Shown: positions 16,954 through 24,662 of the stretch, piece after piece
Numbering within the stretch: position 1 is the first letter of the stretch
Layout of the letters: each line of letters begins with the position of its first letter
From: a virus
Lineage: Duplodnaviria; Caudoviricetes
Direction: 5' to 3' (one strand)
Length of the DNA: 30,266 bases
Virus record (IMG/VR): IMGVR_UViG_3300048598_000535
Coordinates: 1 to 30,266 of that record
Notes under the pieces: model-generated
Database searches by the model: none
The model's input: the letters and a program-made list of their open reading frames with translations, nothing else
What the model was told of the DNA's origin: nothing
Position numbers and translations under genes: made by a program

Positions 16954-17159
16954 AATCGTATCCCGGATAAAAACCCGCCATCAGCGAGCCACTTTAGTTC
17001 CTTAACTCTTTGTGCAAAATCTTCGTCGCTCAACGCCTCCGGCTTTTCTTTAAAGAAAAACCGTATCATGGCGTTGTACATCTCTATCAATTCATCTATA
17101 TCGCAACTCTCCGCTTGTGACAGCGACTTAATGTCGGTGAGTTGCTCTAACAGTTTTTT
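16950..17159 (-). CDS. -1 frameshift extension of the tail assembly chaperone (gpGT-like C-terminus)
   Basis: slippery A AAA AAC at 17159-17153; -1 frame open for 69 codons (KKLLEQLTD...FFFKEKPEALSDEDFAQRVKELKWL...GIRL) ending in TGA overlapping the next ATG. Confidence 0.8.
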   Translation of the reverse strand, partial: KKLLEQLTDIKSLSQAESCDIDELIEMYNAMIRFFFKEKPEALSDEDFAQRVKELKWLADGGFLSGIRL

Positions 17160-17494
17160 ACGATAGCCTTACGGATAGGAATCAAATTGGCAATTCCGTC
17201 AAGAGCTCCCATGAAAAGAGCATCATCAGCCAGCACTTGTTCCTTATGACTCAACAGGCAAGCCTTTACCAAAATTTCGTCCGCTTTTTTGGGGTCACTA
17301 TCTGCATAGCGACGATATTGACCTGTAACATTACGAGAAGGAACAATAGCCAACACGGTAAGCATTTCGCTATTTCCATCTTCGTCGAGTATGGTAACGA
17401 ACTTTACCTTATCTGCACCGTGTTTTACTTTTGCTTCGTCAATCATGGCCTGAGTAATACCTTCAGGCAAGGTTTGTTTTTCTTGCTGTGTCAT
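17147..17494 (-). CDS. tail assembly chaperone (gpG-like)
   Basis: follows the tube gene; ends in a slippery sequence. Confidence 0.75.
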   Translation of the reverse strand: MTQQEKQTLPEGITQAMIDEAKVKHGADKVKFVTILDEDGNSEMLTVLAIVPSRNVTGQYRRYADSDPKKADEILVKACLLSHKEQVLADDALFMGALDGIANLIPIRKAIVKNC

Positions 17495-17523
17495 TTTGCA
17501 GTTGTTTTAAAGTGATTTTAAAT

Positions 17524-17552
17524 AACCTTCCGGGCGTTTATCCCGGAAGGTT
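17524..17552 (-). terminator. hairpin/terminator after the tail tube gene
   Basis: perfect 11-bp stem AACCTTCCGGG/CCCGGAAGGTT, short AT tail. Confidence 0.65.
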
Positions 17553-17574
17553 GAAATGTAGTAATGTAGTTTTG

Positions 17575-17985
17575 TTACTGGTTCAGTTTCATGTCGAGCA
17601 CGAACAAATCAAGTTCTTTCTCAAGCCCGTCATCACCCTTCACGCTACGCCCATTGCCTGTAAACTTGGCGAAAACGTAATCGTGAATCATGTCGTTTTC
17701 TTCGTTGGCGAAAGTCACGTTGATGGGGAAAGGTCGAATTTTAGCAATGTCGCCACCGCTTACTTTTTCAAATTCGGCAACCACATCGAGAGGAAGCGTA
17801 ATCTTTCCGGTATATTCCACTTTACCCATGTTCCATCCGCGAGGCTTGCGTTTAATGCCATAACGGGCAGTATGCGCATACTTGTAGTCGTACTCAATAG
17901 CCGATGGGTCAACGTCTACCAATCCGGCAATAGTTACCACTACGTCACCAGCCGAATATTCTTCGCCTAATCTTCTAATTATCAT
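17575..17985 (-). CDS. tail tube protein
   Basis: 136 aa directly after the sheath; YS..DV, IEY.Y, YG...P.G...G.VEY.G.ITL pattern. Confidence 0.78.
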   Translation of the reverse strand: MIIRRLGEEYSAGDVVVTIAGLVDVDPSAIEYDYKYAHTARYGIKRKPRGWNMGKVEYTGKITLPLDVVAEFEKVSGGDIAKIRPFPINVTFANEENDMIHDYVFAKFTGNGRSVKGDDGLEKELDLFVLDMKLNQ

Positions 17986-17987
17986 AA

Positions 17988-19223
17988 TCAGCTATTTGAA
18001 AGATTAATAGTACCTGCAATTTCGCCAACACAACCTGTAGGTACAACCTTAAAGGCAATGTTCAACGTTTTGGCAGTAATCAGATCACTGTCCGGGTCGG
18101 TAGTGGTACTACCTTCTGATATAAGCCCTTTGCCGGTCAGTTTGTCAAATTCGAGGTCGCCGATAGAATCGTAATAGTCCACTTTTGAAGCTGGAAGTTT
18201 GCCATTATCAAGCAATACAGTCGCTTTCACCTCCGGCAAATAGACAGCACGCAAAGCGCGTTTGCTTTCGTCGATGGTGTGACTGTAGTAGATTTCATAT
18301 TGGTTCATATTGCCCTCGTCATCCACCGTGATAGGACAGCAACAGTGGCCATCGTTCCAGAAATAACCGGAAACGCCAGTATACTTAATCGGGAATACAT
18401 AGCCCTTTGCATCCATCGTTTCGAGGCTTCCGTACACTTCGCTGTACTTTTTGTGGTTGCTAAGTCCGCCAACCGTCCAAATGCCTTTTGTGGCGTTTGT
18501 AAGGTTCTGCGTTGCCTGTTCGCCCGGGTTGCGGTTCCAATCCTGAGAAGCAATCACGCCCAGGAACGTGCCCACGTCGGCAAACTTTTTACCAATAGCC
18601 CACAAACCGTCGGCATACGTCCAGTCCTGACCCACAACAAGCGTTACCTTTTCGGCCTCCAAATCTTCAGTTCCGGCCTTTAACGCACGCAAATCAGCCA
18701 AAGAGGAAAGCGTGTCGCTAATTCCGCGACCTTCGAGAATGGTATGACAAGGCATATCGTGCTCATCAGCCCAATCGGCAAACCCCTGTAACACCGGAAT
18801 AGCAGCTTTAATATCCGTCTCGAGACCATCCACCAACACCGAAGTGTAACCTACGGCAGGATTGTACACAAACCCGAAGTCGCTGATTGCGCCCTCGGCT
18901 TCAACCGCTAAAATTTTAGCGGATTCCACCATGTTTTCGGGTTTTACGGTTTGGTCAACGAGAATGATATGCAAGGCTATTCCTTCACCGGCACGACGGT
19001 AGAACTCGCTGATATGACGGTAAACATTCACACTGTTTGCCGTATCATAAGCCGCCGTTATGCCTATTGCAACAGCATCGGAAGGGCGAAGCAGTTTGTA
19101 AGCAGTGCCCAACTGGACACCACCTACAGCCGCTACGCCGTTTCCAACGAGGCCGAATGCACGAACCTCGTTGGAGTTAGCACCAACACTGCCATTTTTT
19201 ATTGAAACACCTCTTAAACTCAT
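17988..19223 (-). CDS. tail sheath protein (DUF2586-like)
   Basis: HISEFYR.A, KGYVF...Y.G.SGYFWND, terminal VVPTG....I.GTI; size and synteny. Confidence 0.8.
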   Translation of the reverse strand: MSLRGVSIKNGSVGANSNEVRAFGLVGNGVAAVGGVQLGTAYKLLRPSDAVAIGITAAYDTANSVNVYRHISEFYRRAGEGIALHIILVDQTVKPENMVESAKILAVEAEGAISDFGFVYNPAVGYTSVLVDGLETDIKAAIPVLQGFADWADEHDMPCHTILEGRGISDTLSSLADLRALKAGTEDLEAEKVTLVVGQDWTYADGLWAIGKKFADVGTFLGVIASQDWNRNPGEQATQNLTNATKGIWTVGGLSNHKKYSEVYGSLETMDAKGYVFPIKYTGVSGYFWNDGHCCCPITVDDEGNMNQYEIYYSHTIDESKRALRAVYLPEVKATVLLDNGKLPASKVDYYDSIGDLEFDKLTGKGLISEGSTTTDPDSDLITAKTLNIAFKVVPTGCVGEIAGTINLSNS

Positions 19224-19234
19224 CGTTATTCGGT

Positions 19235-19456
19235 TTATTCGCCATCGTTGGCGGGTTCTTTTTCGCCTTTAGCAGGTTTTTCTTTTCCTCCGGTCAGAGG
19301 CACTTCGGTAAACTTGTCCTTGTCGTGACCTACCGACAAAGAGGCCGCATTCTGCGAGGTAAAAAACTCTCCGCTTTCGTTCACGAAAAGCTGCTTAACC
19401 CCATGCTTTTTAGACAGATCTTTGCCTTTTTCAATATGTTCTTTCGTTGGTTTCAT
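19235..19456 (-). CDS. small head-associated hypothetical protein
   Basis: 73-aa ORF between capsid and sheath (LFVNESGEFF...A). Confidence 0.6.
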   Translation of the reverse strand: MKPTKEHIEKGKDLSKKHGVKQLFVNESGEFFTSQNAASLSVGHDKDKFTEVPLTGGKEKPAKGEKEPANDGE

Positions 19457-19474
19457 ACTTTAATCCTCCTTGAA

Positions 19475-20404
19475 TTAACCGGCTGTAACCACATCAGAAA
19501 TGATGGCACCGATGTATTTAGCACGTTTGGGAACACAAATGAAATAGTGACGGTAATTGATGCTGTTTGCCTGAGTTTTTGTGTCAGTTTTAGCATCAGT
19601 AAAATACTGTTTAGTATTACCCGTCTTTTTCGCAATGTTAGGAGCATAGAAGGCAACTGAGGCCTGATAGTCGCCAGCAGCCGGAATAGAACCGAAGCTT
19701 TTCTTCGTAGCTGTGGTAGCATTGAAATACGGATTAGACACGTATTCAAACACCTGAAAGCTGTACAGGTTAGCAATCTTACCTGTTGCGTAGTTGTAAT
19801 ACTGGTCGGCAAACTTCTGATCGTTTTCAAGCAAGTCGTTCACGTGATCTGAGCTCAGTACCAAACGGCGACCGTCTCCCGGAACTTCCATCACGTCGAA
19901 TTGCTTTTTCATCTTACGGATGTCAGCACGAATAATCATTTTACGACCTTCACCGTCATCGGCTCCGGTTGTTTTGATTACCGGAGTAGAACCGGCAATG
20001 TGAGAAGAAGGAGCAATAGCGTGGATAGCTTTCGCGTATTTTTTCTTTGCGATAGCAGTAACGTGCGATTGAGTTGCAGCGTCGATTTTGTCGTAGCTTG
20101 CACCCATAGCTTCATCATCGCTGATTGATGTAGGCAACGACTGATATTTGTCGAGGTTGACAGTAGCCGTTTCGTCATCATACTCTTCGAGTGCCATAGG
20201 ATACGTGTTGTTGTTAATCAACACGGTAGGTTCAAACGAGGTTAGCGGGATGTAGATCGTGTTCTTTTCGGTCTGTGTACCTTCGCCGAATGTTACCACT
20301 TCGCTCGCAATTTCAGGAATACCGTCAAGCCATGGAGCCTGATCGGCAGATGTAAGCAGCTTTTCAACCCTGCCTAACCAAATTTCAGGAAAATTCTTTG
20401 CCAT
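19475..20404 (-). CDS. major capsid protein (start moved to ATG 20404)
   Basis: follows the protease/scaffold; P.VLINN..YP, SYDK, VP.DGRRLVL, G.I..LY.F.VFE, INYRHYFI. Confidence 0.8.
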   Translation of the reverse strand: MAKNFPEIWLGRVEKLLTSADQAPWLDGIPEIASEVVTFGEGTQTEKNTIYIPLTSFEPTVLINNNTYPMALEEYDDETATVNLDKYQSLPTSISDDEAMGASYDKIDAATQSHVTAIAKKKYAKAIHAIAPSSHIAGSTPVIKTTGADDGEGRKMIIRADIRKMKKQFDVMEVPGDGRRLVLSSDHVNDLLENDQKFADQYYNYATGKIANLYSFQVFEYVSNPYFNATTATKKSFGSIPAAGDYQASVAFYAPNIAKKTGNTKQYFTDAKTDTKTQANSINYRHYFICVPKRAKYIGAIISDVVTAG

Positions 20405-20410
20405 TTTCAA

Positions 20411-21571
20411 TTAGAATTTAGGTGCACGACCGAATTCGGCCTTGTACAGATTTGCATACACTTCTTTTTTCTCACTACGGAAAGTTGCCAGCGCGGTAGG
20501 CTCTAAAGCCATCACTTCAGCCCATGTTTTCGGGTCTGCATCCGATCCGCCTTTACCTTCTGGATGCAAAGCATCCACAATAGGTTTCTTAACACCCAAT
20601 CCAGCCAAAGCCAAATCAAGCACATCCAAACCGGCATTTTGTCCGATTTTTTCATACGATGCACGCACCTGATCAACAGTTTGACCTACAGGAGGAATCA
20701 ATTTACCAGCAGCCTGCGCGGAATCCAATCGCGTTTTAATAGCAGCATCGAGTGTGGCTTTAGCCGAAGCTAACACAGCATCTGAGGCGGCTTTTGCCTG
20801 CACAGCCTGTGCAGCCAGTGCCTCTTGTTTTTCTTTCGCTTTGGCCATCACCAGCGAATCTGGGCTGTTTTCGTCAACCCCTTCCAGACCTAAAGTCTGA
20901 ATAAGTTCTTTTTTGTCCATTTGTAATTTACTTTGAGGTTTATCCTTGCCGTCACCCAGATAGGCAACGAATTGATTAAATACGCCTTCTACTCCCAAAT
21001 CCAGAACCATCGACGAGTCGAGTTCTTTCATGTTCTTAGCCGTTGCCGGTATCACTTCGGTAGCCAATCCAATTGCAACCATTTCGGTAGCATTCAGCCA
21101 GTGATCTGCGCTGTCGAACCATTTCGCTTTTACTTCATCTTCGCTCATGCCGGAGCGTTCCGATACGCGCTTAATAAAATTAGCTTCCATGTCCTGAAGC
21201 AATTTTGCAGTTGCCAGCAAGTCGTCGGCATTTCCACCGGCAGGAGATTCCGGGCGATGAATCATACCAAAAGCGTTATCGGCAATTTTCACGGTAGCAA
21301 TAGACGGCAAAATGAAACAACCCATAGAAGCGGCTACACCGTCGATAACAGCCGAAATGTTGAGCGTTGACCGAAGTAAGGCATTGAAAATAACATTACC
21401 CTCAATGACGCTTCCGCCGTAGCAATGCAGGCGGAAGTTCACGTTTTCATATCCCTGCGCCTCGAAACCGTCGAGCATATCACTGATTGTTTCGCCATTG
21501 GCAAACCAACCGCCGATATTACCGTACAGCTTTACTTCTACCGTTTTTTTGTCAATCTCTCTGATAAGCAT
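20411..21571 (-). CDS. ClpP-type prohead protease fused to scaffolding domain
   Basis: LYGNIG, HCYGGSV.EG, IDGVAASMG (catalytic Ser), MIHRP (His), DHWLNA.E...GLA; Ala-rich C-terminal scaffold. Confidence 0.88.
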   Translation of the reverse strand: MLIREIDKKTVEVKLYGNIGGWFANGETISDMLDGFEAQGYENVNFRLHCYGGSVIEGNVIFNALLRSTLNISAVIDGVAASMGCFILPSIATVKIADNAFGMIHRPESPAGGNADDLLATAKLLQDMEANFIKRVSERSGMSEDEVKAKWFDSADHWLNATEMVAIGLATEVIPATAKNMKELDSSMVLDLGVEGVFNQFVAYLGDGKDKPQSKLQMDKKELIQTLGLEGVDENSPDSLVMAKAKEKQEALAAQAVQAKAASDAVLASAKATLDAAIKTRLDSAQAAGKLIPPVGQTVDQVRASYEKIGQNAGLDVLDLALAGLGVKKPIVDALHPEGKGGSDADPKTWAEVMALEPTALATFRSEKKEVYANLYKAEFGRAPKF

Positions 21572-21589
21572 ACCTGTAAAAATTCTATG

Positions 21590-21663
21590 TTGCGGAGGCC
21601 GGAATCGAACCGGCGACCTCCGGGTTATGAGCCCGGCTAGCTACCTGCCTGCTCTACTCCGCG
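21590..21663 (-). tRNA. tRNA-Met(CAU), initiator (fMet) type; CCA not encoded
   Basis: CGCGGAG TA GAGC AGGCAGGTA GCTA G CCGGG CTCATAA CCCGG AGGTC GCCGG TTCGATT CCGGC CTCCGCA A; C1:A72 mismatch, A11-U24, three G-C pairs closing the anticodon stem. Confidence 0.92.
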
Positions 21664-21829
21664 ATATTGATGCTGCGAAATTATACACACATATACATAT
21701 CTACACTATGCTTAATTAATGGCGTTTAGAAAACAGTATGTTTATTTTATACAACATTAAAGCCACTTTAAACGCTACCACGCGCGTACAGGAAAAGAGC
21801 CGTAAAATTGTGCTCCAAAACATAAAAAG
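21664..21829. promoter_or_regulatory. divergent late promoter region
   Basis: AT-rich gap between the two divergent structural operons; imperfect -7-like TAATTTCG on the minus strand at 21683-21676. Confidence 0.45.
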
Positions 21830-22318
21830 ATGGCAAAGCAAACCAAACAACGGAAGAATGTACAAAAGGCCTCACCGGCTGAAATCAGTCATGCTGAAAC
21901 GCTTTATTGCGAAAAAAAATGGACACCTGAAGCAATTGCGGAAGCACTCAAAAGAGACATAAAAACTATTTACTCATGGCGAGATAAAAACAACTGGGAC
22001 GAAACCCGCGACCTATTTGATACCGGCCCGACTGAACTCAAAAAAATTCTTCTGAAAGAGGCTGTAAGAATTGCGAAAGGAGAAAAGAGAAAGGATGAAG
22101 AGGGAAAAGACTTACCCGGAATTGACAGCGACTCTCTAAGCAAGGTTATGAAAGCCTATGACTACATGAGTAAAAAAGCGAGTCCGAGCGTATGCCGTGA
22201 TATTCTGATGGAACTTGACAACTGGTTAAGCATTCAGGAACCTAAACTGGCGGCAGAAATGACGAAGTATCACAAAGAGTTTTTAATCTTCAAAATACAG
22301 CAGGAAAGTGGCAACTAA
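21830..22318 (+). CDS. terminase small subunit (HTH)
   Basis: A..LY, EAIAEAL.RDIKTIYSW....NWD HTH; DSLSK; upstream of the large subunit. Confidence 0.75.
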   Translation: MAKQTKQRKNVQKASPAEISHAETLYCEKKWTPEAIAEALKRDIKTIYSWRDKNNWDETRDLFDTGPTELKKILLKEAVRIAKGEKRKDEEGKDLPGIDSDSLSKVMKAYDYMSKKASPSVCRDILMELDNWLSIQEPKLAAEMTKYHKEFLIFKIQQESGN

Positions 22319-23861
22319 TTACGATAAACTGTTACGTGAATACGAACTTCATTGTGAGCGCATTCAAAAGGCTACGTTTTTGAACATTAACGAAACGCCT
22401 GAAGAAAAGCGCAAACGAATGAAGATTCTGGAAAAATCATACACGAAATGGTTTGAATATTACTTTCCGGATTATGCTACATGTGCATGTGCGCCATATC
22501 ATGACACTATTTCAAAGGATATTATCAACAATCCGATAATTAAAGCCCTTTTAAATATTTTCCGTGCCGGGGCAAAATCCGTATTGGTTGTGTTGGGGAT
22601 TCCTCTTTTCCTCTATTTGGTAAAAAGAGAACTGTGGTTTATGCTGATTATTGGAGAGAATGAAGAGAAAGCCATTCGGTTATTATCAGATATTCAGGCC
22701 AATCTAAAATACAACAACCGGCTTATTAACGATTACGGCAAACAATTCAATCAGGGAGACTGGAGTGAAGGCAGTTTCACCACCCGGGACGGATGCCATT
22801 TTCATGCACTTGGTTTTGGTCAAGACCCAAGAGGATTGCGACACGGAAACTACAGACCGCAGTACATTGTGTGTGATGACATTGATACATTAAAGCGTTG
22901 CAATAATGACCGATTGATACGTGAAGGTATTGATTATATCACCGGTACGCTTTGGGGTTGCTTCGATAAAGGAACTGAACGGTTTGTTTTCAACAACAAC
23001 CTTATTCACAAAAATTCTTTCATGGCAAAACTGATTGAACTTTCAATAAAAGCCAACAAAGAAGCAAAACTAAATAACCTAACAAAGACTTATTATTACT
23101 ATAAAGTTCCTGCCGTACTTGACGACAATTATACACCGTCATGGCCAGCAAAATACACTTCTGACTATTGGCGTGATAAGAGGGCATCAACACCGTACCG
23201 CTCATGGATGCGCGAGTACATGTGTACGCCGTTGGTGGATGGGGCAATTTTTAACCCGGAGTGGTTACAGTACAAAAAGATGCTTCCGCTATCAAAGTAT
23301 GATGCTTTGGTACTGTACGGTGACTTATCGTATAAGGATAAAGGTGACTACAAAGCTCTTGTTCTGGTTGGTAAAATTGGAAGGGAGTTTCACGTAATAC
23401 ATTCGTTTGTCAAGCAAACATCCCGAGCAATTTGCGCCGGTTGGCTGTATGACCTTTGGGAAAAGAGAGGACTCGACAGGTTCAATATCTCTTTTATGAT
23501 GGAAGGTTTATTTGCTCAGGATGAGTTTGTAAACGACTTCGACACCGAAGGTGACCGCCGAGGCTACTATGTTCCTGTTGTGGCCGACAAACAAAGTAAG
23601 GGAAACAAGTACGACCGTATCGAAAGCATGGCCGGACACTTCGAGCGGCTAAACGTTTGGTTTAATGAAGATGAAAAAGAATATGCCGGACAGGTAAACC
23701 TTACAGACCAACTGTTAGCATTCGAGAAAGGAAGCGGCGCAAACGACGACGGCCCGGATGCACTACAATCGGCTATTGCCGAACTAAACAAATCCACATT
23801 TGTGGAAAGTTTTGAAATTCAATCAACCTCACGGTGTTCAACCCATAAAAGATACTTTTAA
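22308..23861 (+). CDS. terminase large subunit (GTG start)
   Basis: FRAGAKS Walker A, PRGLR...RP..IVCDDID Walker B, nuclease YGDLS and DDGPDA. Confidence 0.9.
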   Translation: MATNYDKLLREYELHCERIQKATFLNINETPEEKRKRMKILEKSYTKWFEYYFPDYATCACAPYHDTISKDIINNPIIKALLNIFRAGAKSVLVVLGIPLFLYLVKRELWFMLIIGENEEKAIRLLSDIQANLKYNNRLINDYGKQFNQGDWSEGSFTTRDGCHFHALGFGQDPRGLRHGNYRPQYIVCDDIDTLKRCNNDRLIREGIDYITGTLWGCFDKGTERFVFNNNLIHKNSFMAKLIELSIKANKEAKLNNLTKTYYYYKVPAVLDDNYTPSWPAKYTSDYWRDKRASTPYRSWMREYMCTPLVDGAIFNPEWLQYKKMLPLSKYDALVLYGDLSYKDKGDYKALVLVGKIGREFHVIHSFVKQTSRAICAGWLYDLWEKRGLDRFNISFMMEGLFAQDEFVNDFDTEGDRRGYYVPVVADKQSKGNKYDRIESMAGHFERLNVWFNEDEKEYAGQVNLTDQLLAFEKGSGANDDGPDALQSAIAELNKSTFVESFEIQSTSRCSTHKRYF

Positions 23862-23862
23862 T

Positions 23863-24174
23863 ATGAAAACATTCAGATTTTTAGCCGCATTGGCAATTGT
23901 TATGCTGTGTTCGTGCCAGCAGGATTTTACCGGATATGTAGTGTTCAAAGAATACGTTCCTCTGCACATGGACGATCAAGAACCTAAAACAGTTCAACAG
24001 GCAACATTTATTCCTGCTCCTATAATTGTAGCACACCCAATTCAACACACACCCGAACTAATCAAAAGCAAATGGTTTGTGTATGTAGCCAACAAAGATG
24101 CCGTCAGGCAATTTGAAGTTGACAGTGTTAGATATTTGAAAATCAAAATTTGCGATAAAATCACCTTTAAATAA
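23863..24174 (+). CDS. small putative lipoprotein (start moved to ATG 23863)
   Basis: MKTFRFLAALAIVMLCSC lipobox; stop coupled to the gp36 start. Confidence 0.65.
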   Translation: MKTFRFLAALAIVMLCSCQQDFTGYVVFKEYVPLHMDDQEPKTVQQATFIPAPIIVAHPIQHTPELIKSKWFVYVANKDAVRQFEVDSVRYLKIKICDKITFK

Positions 24175-24644
24175 TGGCACGCTTTATACTTGAATCAGAC
24201 TACGCGATGCAGATACGCACAGAGATTTTGCGACTGCTTACCGCTCAAACTAACTTCTACCAAAATGCAAAGCTGGTAAGAGCAGAAAACACCGCTATTG
24301 CCCAAATTAAAAACCGTATTGGTGCACGATACGACTGTGCAACTATATTTCAACCATTACTATCACCGGCTGAAAATGGAGGCGAACAGATGGACACACG
24401 CGACCAGTGGATAGTGACCATCACCATCGACATCACGCTGTATCACCTCTATTCGCAAACAGGAAGTAAGGATGTACCGGAACACCGTTCACAACGCTAT
24501 CAGGACGCAATAGACTGGCTTAAAGATGTTGGTAATGGCACAACACCGTGCGATCTACCTGCAATCATCGACCCCGATACGGAGGAAGCTGTGTCGGATG
24601 TGCGTATATGGAGCCAAAACGCACCAAACAATCATAAATGGTAA
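24174..24644 (+). CDS. Mu gp36-like head-tail adaptor (DUF1320)
   Basis: AE..AIA......RYD...IF, DI.LYHL, RYQDAIDWLK.V..G. Confidence 0.85.
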   Translation: MARFILESDYAMQIRTEILRLLTAQTNFYQNAKLVRAENTAIAQIKNRIGARYDCATIFQPLLSPAENGGEQMDTRDQWIVTITIDITLYHLYSQTGSKDVPEHRSQRYQDAIDWLKDVGNGTTPCDLPAIIDPDTEEAVSDVRIWSQNAPNNHKW

Positions 24645-24662
24645 TCTGTAAACTGCATTTAA

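Noticed and set aside
10083-19223. Stand-alone contractile injection system or tailocin
   Set aside because: Capsid, protease, terminase and portal genes are all present, so this is a phage tail.
21425-21962. Short + strand ORFs across the tRNA and divergent gap
   Set aside because: Antisense to the tRNA/protease or out of frame with the small terminase; RRPESNRRPPGYEPG is the usual reverse-tRNA artefact.
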